Notes: a model not told the origin generated them from the letters alone. DNA of 41,289 nt from a virus (IMGVR_UViG_3300037851_000713:1-41289), one strand, 5' to 3'; counted from the first letter of the stretch, positions 28,234 to 35,693 are shown. A program made the numbers and translations.

Positions 28234-28730
28234 AGCGCGGCTCCGTACTCCTGCCACACCGTTCCGCGAACCACCTGACCCACCATGCCGACGCTGATGC
28301 CGAACTCCTCCGCCAGCGCACGCCTTGGCGTGCCGCCCGCCACCGCCAGGCGGATGTAACGAGCCCGTGCCAGCGTGAGCTTGGGCGCAGAGCGCCGGCG
28401 GCCCAGCGCCATGCGCACCCGCACGTCGGCCGACTTGCGCGGCACCGAGCGCGCCATCTGCGCGCTGTGCGTGCGCATCACCACATGCGCCGGATTCACG
28501 CACTCCCGGCAGCCGCAGCGAGCCACCGCCACCATCGCCGCCGGCAGCGGCGCACCGCGCCGCAGCTCGAGCAGCACACGGCGCACGCTGCGCATGCGAC
28601 CATCGATCCACAGTTGAGGGTAGCCTTCGCCGTTGAACGCCCCGGTCCAGACCAGGCAGTCGCCATCGCCGCCGCGCGTGCGCGCTGCAATGCGCCGCAG
28701 AAGGGCCTCGGCGCGGCCGTCTCCGCTCAT
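28230..28730 (-). CDS. HNH-endonuclease-like protein with C-terminal HTH (possibly degenerate)
   Basis: DCLVWTGAFNGEGYP, CGCRECVNPAHV, LAEEFGISVGMVGQV. Confidence 0.75.
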   Translation of the reverse strand: MSGDGRAEALLRRIAARTRGGDGDCLVWTGAFNGEGYPQLWIDGRMRSVRRVLLELRRGAPLPAAMVAVARCGCRECVNPAHVVMRTHSAQMARSVPRKSADVRVRMALGRRRSAPKLTLARARYIRLAVAGGTPRRALAEEFGISVGMVGQVVRGTVWQEYGAAL

Positions 28731-29023
28731 GGCCGCTGCCTCATCCAGTCGTCCAGCGCACACGGCGCGGCTGGAACCTCGGGCGCCGACGCCGACAGCA
28801 ACTTCGCCGGGCGCCCCGGCCGGCCCGCAGGCGTCGACCGCATCTGTGCCACCAGATAGCCGGACAACTGCAGGTTGTTCGCCACCCAGCTTGCTTCCCG
28901 GTAGCTCAACTGCAGCCTCTGCGCCGCCTCGACCACCGTGATCGGCCCGGCCGCCGCCGCCAGCGCCACAAACCGGCGCGACACCTCGCCCAACGACCCC
29001 CGTGGCCTGCCGCGGCGGGTCAT
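28727..29023 (-). CDS. Winged-HTH protein, 98 aa
   Basis: PITVVEAAQRLQLSYREASWVANNLQLSGYL. Confidence 0.6.
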   Translation of the reverse strand: MTRRGRPRGSLGEVSRRFVALAAAAGPITVVEAAQRLQLSYREASWVANNLQLSGYLVAQMRSTPAGRPGRPAKLLSASAPEVPAAPCALDDWMRQRP

Positions 29024-29271
29024 GCAGCGCGCCGGCGCCGAAACGCCCATCCGAACTCTTGCCCGATGGCGCGGCGAGCCGTCATGCAAGTGAGCGCCAC
29101 CCACGCCTTGAGTTCTGCCGCGGCGGCATCGATCTCCGCGTGCAGGTGCACATGCGCCAGCAGGCACTGTTCGTCCAGGCGGGACGGAAACCCTGCCGCC
29201 CTGTCGCCGCACCCCGCATCGGGTTGCTGCACGGCAGGGTTTCCGATTCCGCTGGCGGCCGTGCCGCTCAT
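29020..29271 (-). CDS. Hypothetical protein, 83 aa
   Basis: Coupled to neighbours by ATGA overlaps. Confidence 0.4.
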   Translation of the reverse strand: MSGTAASGIGNPAVQQPDAGCGDRAAGFPSRLDEQCLLAHVHLHAEIDAAAAELKAWVALTCMTARRAIGQEFGWAFRRRRAA

Positions 29272-29681
29272 GCCTGCCGCAGCGGCGTCACGCCGCCGGA
29301 AAGACCGGCCAGCCGCTCCATGCGGCTTTCAATGTGGCGCAGCGCGCGCACGCTCGACACGAACTGCCGCTCCAACGCAGCCCGCTCGTCGACGGGCTCG
29401 ATCGGCGTGGCGCTGTAGCCGGCTTCTGCGGCCAGAAACTGCATCGCCACGTGACACCCGGCATCGTGCCCGGCGCGCAGCAGCCACAGCAGTTGCGTGA
29501 GCGAGAGCTTTTCCGGCCGATCAGAATCCAGGCACTTGCTCAGCCATCGGCCGGCATCGTCCGCCGGAAGATCGGGCCGCATCTGAGCGGCCACTTTCTT
29601 GGCACCGCCGAGCGCCGCGATCAAAACCCGCAGCGCCTCATGCATGTCTTCGGAAAACAGCGGAACTTGCTCTTCTGCCAC
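29268..29681 (-). CDS. CII-like regulatory protein, 137 aa
   Basis: EALRVLIAALGGAKKVA...LSKCLDSDRPEKLSLTQLLWLL, directly after cro and its terminator. Confidence 0.65.
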   Translation of the reverse strand: MAEEQVPLFSEDMHEALRVLIAALGGAKKVAAQMRPDLPADDAGRWLSKCLDSDRPEKLSLTQLLWLLRAGHDAGCHVAMQFLAAEAGYSATPIEPVDERAALERQFVSSVRALRHIESRMERLAGLSGGVTPLRQA

Positions 29682-29726
29682 CGCTTACCCCCGCGTGGTC
29701 GCTGTTGGTAACCGCCCTGCCCGCAC

Positions 29727-29755
29727 AAAAAAAGCCCGCAGCCGAAACTGCGGGC
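29727..29755 (-). terminator. Intrinsic terminator after cro (tR1-like)
   Basis: GCCCGCAG-TTTCGG-CTGCGGGC followed by T7 on the minus strand. Confidence 0.8.
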
Positions 29756-29763
29756 CGTAATGC

Positions 29764-30000
29764 CTACTGCCCCGCCTGCATCCGCAGCACGAACCACTCG
29801 ACATCCGGGCGCAACTGCTCGCACCGGACAGCGCCCTGCGTGGCGCGCTCGATCGACGGACAGTGCTCCGCCGGCACGCGACCACGGTGCTTCCACATGC
29901 TCACCAGGCTTTGCCGCACCCCAAGACGAGCGGCCAGCGCCGTCTGGCCGCCGCAGACGCGGACGGCGCTCTCGAGAGCATCTATCGCAGGCATATCCAT
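29764..30000 (-). CDS. cro: Cro/YdaS-like repressor, 78 aa
   Basis: GGQTALAARLGVRQSLVSMW...VPAEHCPSIERATQGAVRCEQLRPDV, divergent from cI. Confidence 0.88.
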   Translation of the reverse strand: MDMPAIDALESAVRVCGGQTALAARLGVRQSLVSMWKHRGRVPAEHCPSIERATQGAVRCEQLRPDVEWFVLRMQAGQ

Positions 30001-30006
30001 GAGCGA

Positions 30007-30076
30007 ACGATAACACGAGCGTGAGGATCAACGCAACACCAACGTGAGGTGCTTTGCGGGTTCAATCACGAACGTG
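30007..30076. promoter_or_regulatory. oR region: three operators plus pR and pRM
   Basis: CACGAGCGTG (30014), CACCAACGTG (30037), CACGAACGTG (30067). Minus strand TTGCGT-18-TATCGT lies 6 nt before the cro ATG; plus strand TTCAAT lies 7 nt before the cI GTG. Confidence 0.75.
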
Positions 30077-30505
30077 GAAACGCTGGCGGAACGGTTACTT
30101 AGCGCGCGGCTCGCCGCCGGGATGACGCAGGATCAACTGGCGGCGCGGGCGCATGTCGCCCAGGGAACCATCGGCAATCTGGAAGCCGGCATTCGCAAAA
30201 GCGCGCGGCGCGTTGCGGTGCTGGCAGCCGTCCTGCACGTCAATCCGCTCTGGCTGGCCGAGGGCAAAGGGCCGCGCCATGCGCACACGGCAAGCGAGCC
30301 CACGGCGCCGCCGTACAGCGCCAGCGACAACCTGCTCGAGCAGCAACTGCTTGAACTGTTCCGCCAACTGCCGGCCGCCGCTCAGCATGAAGCGGTGGCC
30401 GTGGTCAACAGCATCCACGCCGTCGTGTTCCCCGACCGCTCGCGCGCCAACCCGTTCGCCGGCACCAGCGCCGCGCGGCGCGGCCGCCACCCCACCGGCC
30501 GATAG
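30074..30505 (+). CDS. CI-like immunity repressor (HTH_3; no obvious S24 peptidase domain), 143 aa
   Basis: TLAERLLSARLAAGMTQDQLAARAHVAQGTIGNLEAG...VNPLWLAEGKG. Confidence 0.85.
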   Translation: METLAERLLSARLAAGMTQDQLAARAHVAQGTIGNLEAGIRKSARRVAVLAAVLHVNPLWLAEGKGPRHAHTASEPTAPPYSASDNLLEQQLLELFRQLPAAAQHEAVAVVNSIHAVVFPDRSRANPFAGTSAARRGRHPTGR

Positions 30506-30603
30506 ACGCGCATCAACACCCATGCGCGCAAAGCTTGCGCGCACTGGCGCCACGGCAGTATGTTGATGCGGCGAGCGCCGCGCGTTGCGGCATCGGAGAG
30601 AAC

Positions 30604-30909
30604 ATGGACTTGCTCACCATCAGCCTGATGTGGATTGCCCTTTGCGTCGCTGTCGGCCTCTGGGCAGCGCGGCGCGGCCGCAGCGCTGGCGGCTGGTCGA
30701 TTGCCGCCCTGTTTCTCAGCCCGGTTCTCGCGTGGGCGTTTCTCGCCGCGCTGCCCAAGCTGGGCGCCGCCGCAGCCGCCGAGCGCGCCGCGGCTGTCCA
30801 GGCGCCATCGCCGGAAACGCATGTCAAGTGCCCGGACTGCGCCGAACTGATCCGCAAGGAAGCCCGCGTCTGCCGACACTGCGGCTGCAGGCTCGTACCG
30901 CAGGCATGA
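30604..30909 (+). CDS. Two-TM membrane protein with C-terminal zinc ribbon, 101 aa
   Basis: GGAG RBS, two hydrophobic segments, KCPDCAELIRKEARVCRHCG. Co-oriented after cI. Confidence 0.75.
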   Translation: MDLLTISLMWIALCVAVGLWAARRGRSAGGWSIAALFLSPVLAWAFLAALPKLGAAAAAERAAAVQAPSPETHVKCPDCAELIRKEARVCRHCGCRLVPQA

Positions 30910-30954
30910 AACACCGCGCACGCCGCGCGATGCAAACGCGCTGGCAGCCGCACT

Positions 30955-30994
30955 CACGTTCGTGTTGACAAAGAAAACACGCTCGTGATCTAAT
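30955..30994 (+). promoter_or_regulatory. pL promoter with two operators (oL)
   Basis: TTGACA (30965)-18-TCTAAT, with CACGTTCGTG (30955) and CACGCTCGTG (30978) matching the oR consensus CACG-NN-CGTG. Confidence 0.8.
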
Positions 30995-31020
30995 GCGCTT
31001 CGTCAACCGACGGAGCGCAG

Positions 31021-31269
31021 ATGTCCAATCCCCAGCTTTACCGCTACCGCATCGCGGTCGTCCGCCGCGGCGCTGACGCACAGCCGGCCGATGCCGCCCT
31101 GCGCGAGCAGGTCTATCTGCACGCGCCCAACGCCATCGCCGCCCAACTGCTGGCCCGCGCTATCACCGGCGCCAAAACCGCGCTCGAACCCGAGCGGCTC
31201 GGCGAGGTCGAGCTGCCTTTGCCCGCCGCCGCGCCGAGCGAGTGCGGCGGGTTCGTGGTGTTCGCATGA
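31021..31269 (+). CDS. Hypothetical early protein, 82 aa
   Basis: GGAG RBS, first gene after pL. Confidence 0.65.
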   Translation: MSNPQLYRYRIAVVRRGADAQPADAALREQVYLHAPNAIAAQLLARAITGAKTALEPERLGEVELPLPAAAPSECGGFVVFA

Positions 31270-31463
31270 ACCACTGGCTTGTCGACATGACGAACGAACT
31301 GCGCGAAGCGCAAGCGCTGCTCAGTCGCTTGAGCTTTGAAGCGCTCGGCGCGCCTGACTACAGGCCGTTGATTGCGGCCTATGGCGCGGTCACCATGACA
31401 CTGAACCGCTATCGCGCGCAACTTGCCGATCTTTGCCAGCCGTGGTTCGAGGTGCAGCCATGA
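31266..31463 (+). CDS. Hypothetical early protein, 65 aa
   Basis: ATGA coupling (MNHWLVDM...). Confidence 0.6.
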   Translation: MNHWLVDMTNELREAQALLSRLSFEALGAPDYRPLIAAYGAVTMTLNRYRAQLADLCQPWFEVQP

Positions 31464-31588
31464 CCCGCGCGCACTGGATCTGCAGGGTGATGGCGCAGCT
31501 CGACCGCTGGGGCGATGCGCCGGTCGCGCTGGCCGCGGCGTTTGCGGCGGGCGTGGTGCTGGCGCTGGCGGCGACGGGGCAGTTGTGA
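31460..31588 (+). CDS. Small membrane peptide, 42 aa
   Basis: ATGA coupling with GAGGT RBS; MTRAHWICRVMAQLDRWGDAPVALAAAFAAGVVLALAATGQL. Not in the ORF track. Confidence 0.5.
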   Translation: MTRAHWICRVMAQLDRWGDAPVALAAAFAAGVVLALAATGQL

Positions 31589-31595
31589 AGGTTTC

Positions 31596-32033
31596 GCGGC
31601 GCGGCTTTGCCTAGCTTGGCTGGGCTGGGCACGGCAAGGCACGGCAGGGCAAGGGCTTCCCAGCCTCATGCGCGTTGGCAACAGCGCGCATGGGGATGCG
31701 AAAGCATCGGTCGCCACGGCCCGGCAGTGCTGGGCTGGGCTGGGCTTGGTTTGGCAGGGCATGGCACGGCCTGGCGAGGCTGGGCGGGGCAAGGCGAGGC
31801 AAGGGCTTCCCAGCCTCATGCGCGTTGGCAACAGCGCGCATGGGGATGCGAAAGCATCGGTCGCCACGGCCCGGCAGTGCTTGGCTGGGCCGGGCCTGGC
31901 TGGGCGCGGCATGGCATGGCGCGGCATGGCGTGGCAGGGCGAGGCGAGGCGGGGCGGGGCAAGGCGAGGCAAGGGCTACTCGGTAGCCGGTTGCGGACTC
32001 CACGAGTCCGCCTCCGGGTGCACTGTGGCACCG
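31596..32033 (+). ncRNA. Array of three putative guide-like RNAs: (NN-GGC)n tract plus structured tail
   Basis: Pentamer tracts at 31596-31650 (11 units), 31716-31800 (17) and 31866-31970 (21), each ending in AAGGGCT and followed by hairpins. An 84-bp exact repeat lies at 31648-31731 / 31798-31881. Confidence 0.8.
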
Positions 32034-32056
32034 TGACCAACACAACAGGGGAAACG

Positions 32057-32650
32057 ATGAAAACGCTCGCAATGCGATGGACCGGCATCACGCCGCTGAT
32101 CATGCACGCCGACACGCTGGTCGACCCGCTGCACCCGCTGAAGAAAGCCATAGAGCGCATCACCGCCAAGCGCACCAACAAGACCGACGAAGACCACGAA
32201 TCGATCGCGCAGATCGAGATGGCGGCGGCGCTGTATTACGACAACGACCTCGGCGTGTATCTGCCCGACGACAACGTGCTCAAGTGTTTGATCGAAGCGG
32301 CCCGGTTGACCAAAGAAGGCAAGAACGTGGAGCGCGGCGTGCGCCTGGCGGAAACCAAACTGGCGTTGCGCTACGCCGGCGGCCCGCTGGACCGTGAGGC
32401 GTTGTGCAAGAGCCAGGTGCACCGCTATCGCAAGCCGGTGGTAGTCAGCCGACAGCGCGTGATCCGCACGCGCCCCATCTTCCGCGACTGGTCAATCGAC
32501 GTGACGCTGCACTTCGATCCGCAGGTGATCAAGACGGCCGACCTGATGCTGAACTGGGCGCGCGTCGCCGGCGACATGGTGGGCATGGGCAACCGCCGCA
32601 TCGGCAAGGGCGGCCAGTTCGGGCGCTTCGAGGTCGAGGCCGCGAAATGA
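32057..32650 (+). CDS. Stand-alone RAMP/Cas7-like RNA-binding protein, 197 aa
   Basis: AGGGG RBS. Motif order matches RAMPs: first strand LAMRWTGITPLIMH, VYLPDDNVLKCLIEAA (cf. IPGSSxKG), RTRPIFRDWSIDVTLHFD, and C-terminal Gly loop GMGNRRIGKGGQFGRFEV. Confidence 0.7.
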   Translation: MKTLAMRWTGITPLIMHADTLVDPLHPLKKAIERITAKRTNKTDEDHESIAQIEMAAALYYDNDLGVYLPDDNVLKCLIEAARLTKEGKNVERGVRLAETKLALRYAGGPLDREALCKSQVHRYRKPVVVSRQRVIRTRPIFRDWSIDVTLHFDPQVIKTADLMLNWARVAGDMVGMGNRRIGKGGQFGRFEVEAAK

Positions 32651-33159
32651 CAACGGCCGGCCCGCTGCACAACATCGACCGCCTGCCCGGCTGGCGCCGG
32701 CTGCTGGACGCGATGATTGATCAGGGCGTCGAGCCTGGCGCTTTTTTCCCCGACGACTGGATTGACGAGCAGCTCGGCATGGCCAAACCGCAGACCGTGG
32801 AGCAGTACGAGCGCTACAAGCTGCAGCGGCTGCGCGGCCTCACCCGTGCCGAGCAGGAACTCGAAAAGCGCGGCCTGCGCACGCTGCACCGCGACCACGA
32901 GCGCAAAGGCTTCAGCGTGCCCACCGCGCAAGAGCAGTTCGAGCACGCCATGGCGCAGTACATCGACCGCGTGCGCAGCGAGCAGACGCGCGCCGTGCGC
33001 CTGCTGGCGGCGACGGACCGCGCGCAACTGAACGACGGCCAGCGCGGCAAGCTGGACGACGCGACGACGAAGCTCGGCGACCAGCGGGCATTTTTCCGGC
33101 GGCAGACATTCGACATCCGCCGCTTGCTGCCTTCTCCTAAACCCGCGGACAAAGAATGA
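32647..33159 (+). CDS. Hypothetical helical protein coupled to the RAMP-like gene, 170 aa
   Basis: ATGA overlap, MTTAGPLHNIDRLPGW... Confidence 0.75.
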   Translation: MTTAGPLHNIDRLPGWRRLLDAMIDQGVEPGAFFPDDWIDEQLGMAKPQTVEQYERYKLQRLRGLTRAEQELEKRGLRTLHRDHERKGFSVPTAQEQFEHAMAQYIDRVRSEQTRAVRLLAATDRAQLNDGQRGKLDDATTKLGDQRAFFRRQTFDIRRLLPSPKPADKE

Positions 33160-33467
33160 ATTCCCTCCTCGACCACCTCGCCGCCGCCGCCAAGGCGGTG
33201 GCCGATCTCACCGAACTTGGCGTCCGCGTCATCTCGGTCAAGGTCGACTTGCTGTACGACTGGCCGCGCATCCACGTCGGCAATCCCGAGCCGCTGCTGC
33301 ATCACCTGGACATGGTCGAGACCAACCTCGTCGACCTCTGCTACCGCCAGCGCGCCGTGCGCGTGGCCGGATGCGAGGTGTTCTGGATCGTCGCATCGGC
33401 GCCCGAGTGGTTGCCGCCCACCGCCGACGAGCTGCGCGCCCAACTCGAACAGGCCGCACGCCCATGA
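33156..33467 (+). CDS. Hypothetical protein, 103 aa
   Basis: ATGA coupling in the pL operon. Confidence 0.7.
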   Translation: MNSLLDHLAAAAKAVADLTELGVRVISVKVDLLYDWPRIHVGNPEPLLHHLDMVETNLVDLCYRQRAVRVAGCEVFWIVASAPEWLPPTADELRAQLEQAARP

Positions 33468-33787
33468 GCGCCGACCGTTACTTCGTGCTCGGCCAAGTCG
33501 CCGGCAGCATGCACCGCCGATACGGCGTGCTGGCACCCGACGGCCGCACCGTGGTCAGCGTGCAGGCCAGCCGGCCGGACGGCGTCGAGGTCGAGCACCC
33601 AGGCCGCGCCCTGCGATGGAACGTGCAGCCGTGGTACGGCGGAGAGGTCCGGGCCGCATGGTTCAACAACTGCCCGCCAGCCGCCGGGTCGTTCCCGCCC
33701 AAGATCAAGGACGCCGATGCCAAGCGCGCACGCGGGTTTCTGGCCGGCTGGGGCAAGTCGCGCGCGCAGAAGGATGTCGACGCATGA
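33464..33787 (+). CDS. Hypothetical protein, 107 aa
   Basis: ATGA coupling (MSADRYFVLGQ...). Confidence 0.6.
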   Translation: MSADRYFVLGQVAGSMHRRYGVLAPDGRTVVSVQASRPDGVEVEHPGRALRWNVQPWYGGEVRAAWFNNCPPAAGSFPPKIKDADAKRARGFLAGWGKSRAQKDVDA

Positions 33788-33906
33788 GCAACGCCGACCC
33801 GTTTGCCGATCTGCTGGAATGGGTGAGCCGCCAGTGCGAGGCGCTGCGCCGCTCGATCGCGCAACAGCTTCGCCGCCTGCGCGAGCAGCGGCATCGGCAA
33901 CCATGA
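33784..33906 (+). CDS. Hypothetical peptide, 40 aa
   Basis: ATGA coupling at both ends (MSNADPFADLLEW...). Confidence 0.5.
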   Translation: MSNADPFADLLEWVSRQCEALRRSIAQQLRRLREQRHRQP

Positions 33907-34091
33907 TCCGCCTGCTGTACCTCCGCTACCTCGCGCACTGCTACCGCCGGCAGCGCGACGGCCTGCTGGCCGAGCAGCGCGGCATCGAGGCGGCGCTGGC
34001 GATCAACGAACGCGACCAGGCGCGCACGGAGGCGCGGATCGAAGAGGCGATGGCGGAGCGGCGGTTGAATCGCTACCGGGTGACCCTATGA
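33903..34091 (+). CDS. Hypothetical protein, 62 aa
   Basis: ATGA coupling (MIRLLYLRY...). Confidence 0.55.
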   Translation: MIRLLYLRYLAHCYRRQRDGLLAEQRGIEAALAINERDQARTEARIEEAMAERRLNRYRVTL

Positions 34092-34279
34092 ACAGCTACG
34101 AAGTTCTCGCCGCCGCGCGCGCCTACCTTGACGACCGCCGCGTTCCCATGCCGACCCAGCATGCGCTGGCGGTTGCTCTGTGCGAAGTGGCCGACGACCG
34201 AGACAGGCTTCGGGTCGAGGTGCTGAAGGCCGAGCGCGCGCTGAACGCCAAGCGCAGGCAGAAACGCCATGACGCTTAA
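34088..34279 (+). CDS. Hypothetical protein, 63 aa
   Basis: ATGA coupling. Confidence 0.6.
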   Translation: MNSYEVLAAARAYLDDRRVPMPTQHALAVALCEVADDRDRLRVEVLKAERALNAKRRQKRHDA

Positions 34280-34478
34280 AGCCTGCCCGTGGTGTCAGGG
34301 CGAAGTGATGTCGTACATGTACGACGTCGACGCCGTCGGGCCGGGATTCAATCGTTTCGTCCACGCCGTCGTCTGCCCTGGCTGCGGCGCGCGCGGCCCG
34401 TGGAGCAAGCCCGACGGCGGCGATGACGACGCCGGCCGGCTAGACGCGCAGCGAGCATGGAATGACCGCCCTGCTTGA
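34269..34478 (+). CDS. Lar-family restriction alleviation-like protein, 69 aa
   Basis: LKACPWCQG...VVCPGCGARGP...AQRAWNDR signature. Confidence 0.7.
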   Translation: MTLKACPWCQGEVMSYMYDVDAVGPGFNRFVHAVVCPGCGARGPWSKPDGGDDDAGRLDAQRAWNDRPA

Positions 34479-34833
34479 CCTCGCCACCGCCGCCGCCACG
34501 CTTGGCGTCTCCCGCCGCACGCTTGAGCGCGAGGCCGCCGACGGCCGGCTTGCTATCGTCCGGGTGCGCAGCCGGCGCATGGTCGAGCCCGCCGAGATCG
34601 AGCGCTACATCGCCGCGCAGAGGGAGACAGCAGCATGCCAATCCGCAAGCGCGGCAACCGCTGGCAGGTGCGCGTCAGCCTCGGCAGTGGCCGACGCATT
34701 GAGCGCACTTTGCCGGCCGGCGCCACGCGCGCCGACGCGCTCGCGCTCGAAACTCGCCTTGTCCGCCAGCGCATCGCGCTTGCAACTGGTCACGGCGAAT
34801 ACACCCTTGACGACGCCATCGACCGATGGATGA
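34462..34833 (+). CDS. xis: Excisionase-like HTH protein
   Basis: LLDLATAAATLGVSRRTLEREAADGRL...RRMVEPAEIERYI, overlapping the int start. Confidence 0.75.
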   Translation: MTALLDLATAAATLGVSRRTLEREAADGRLAIVRVRSRRMVEPAEIERYIAAQRETAACQSASAATAGRCASASAVADALSALCRPAPRAPTRSRSKLALSASASRLQLVTANTPLTTPSTDG

Positions 34834-35624
34834 TCGACGCGCAGGGCCTCAAGAGCTGGCCGCGGGATCTCGCCTACCGGGAGCCCATCCTGCGCCAGTA
34901 CAGCGCCGGCCGGCCGCTGGCCGAGCTGCCGGCAGTAGCCGACAAGCTCAAGGCCCAGGGCGTCAAGGCCGGCGTCAAGGCCGCCACCATCAACCGCTAT
35001 CTGAGCCTGCTGCGCCGCGTTGGCAACCTCGCCGAGCGCTGGGGATGGACAGATCAACCCATCGGCCGCCGCGTCGTCCTGCTGCCGGAGCACAGCCAGC
35101 GGCACGTCTACCTCACGCCCGAGCAGGTGCGCCGGCTGGCCGACTGCGCCGACCCGCTGACCGGAGACATGATCTGGTTTGCCGCGCTGACCGGCCTGCG
35201 TCGCGGCGAAATGCTCGGCCTGCGCCGGGAGCAGATCGTCGGGCCGCTGATCGCGCTGGACGCCGCCACCAAGAGCGGCAGACCGAGAGGCGTGCCACTG
35301 CCGCCGGAAGCCGCCAGGATCGCGCGTGAGCGAATTCCGTGGGGCGTGGCGTACTGGGAACTGCGCGACCGCTTCGAGGCCGCCCGGAAGGCCGCCGGCC
35401 TGCCGCATGTGCGCTGGCACGATCTGCGGCACACGTACGCCAGTTGGCTGGTGCAGGCCGGCCAGCCGCTCGGCGCGGTGCGCGAGCTGCTTGGGCACAG
35501 TTCGCTGGCCGTGACATCGCGCTACGCGCACCTCTCGCCGGATCACCTGCGGGATGCGGTGGCGGCGTTGCCGGGGCGGGTCAACCATGGGTCCGCCACG
35601 AAGCGCCGGAAACGCGCTCCGTGA
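34635..35624 (+). CDS. int: Tyrosine integrase, 329 aa
   Basis: TGLRRGE, TKSG, HDLRHTYASW, LLGH, RYAH catalytic motifs. Confidence 0.95.
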   Translation: MPIRKRGNRWQVRVSLGSGRRIERTLPAGATRADALALETRLVRQRIALATGHGEYTLDDAIDRWMIDAQGLKSWPRDLAYREPILRQYSAGRPLAELPAVADKLKAQGVKAGVKAATINRYLSLLRRVGNLAERWGWTDQPIGRRVVLLPEHSQRHVYLTPEQVRRLADCADPLTGDMIWFAALTGLRRGEMLGLRREQIVGPLIALDAATKSGRPRGVPLPPEAARIARERIPWGVAYWELRDRFEAARKAAGLPHVRWHDLRHTYASWLVQAGQPLGAVRELLGHSSLAVTSRYAHLSPDHLRDAVAALPGRVNHGSATKRRKRAP

Positions 35625-35637
35625 GCGGTTTTGTCTC

Positions 35638-35693
35638 TGGCGGAGGCGGTGAGATTCGAACTCACGAAGGGTTGCCCCTTGCCGGTTTTCAAG
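35638..35693 (-). other. attP core: 3' half of tRNA-Ser(UGA)
   Basis: Minus strand CTTGAAAACCGGCAAGGGGCAACCCTTCGTGAGTTCGAATCTCACCGCCTCCGCCA gives the anticodon loop, long variable arm, T-arm and CCA. The 5' half is absent. It starts 13 bp after the int stop. Confidence 0.88.

Noticed and set aside
30947-30981. Self-target of tract 1 on the phage's own pL promoter (NN.NN. reading)
   Set aside because: Only about 14 of 24 positions match, which is expected by chance in a 41-kb two-strand search.
31648-31881. Canonical CRISPR array
   Set aside because: There are only two 84-bp repeats, the intervening sequences are themselves pentamer repeats, and no cas1/cas2 is present.
31607-32056. 150-aa N-terminal extension of ORF 31607-32650, and other ORFs over the pentamer array
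   Set aside because: These are low-complexity translations of a 5-nt repeat that lacks stops. The good RBS and ATG are at 32057.
35638-35693. Functional tRNA-Ser gene
   Set aside because: The 5' half (acceptor 5' strand and D-arm) is missing, so it is an attP core.
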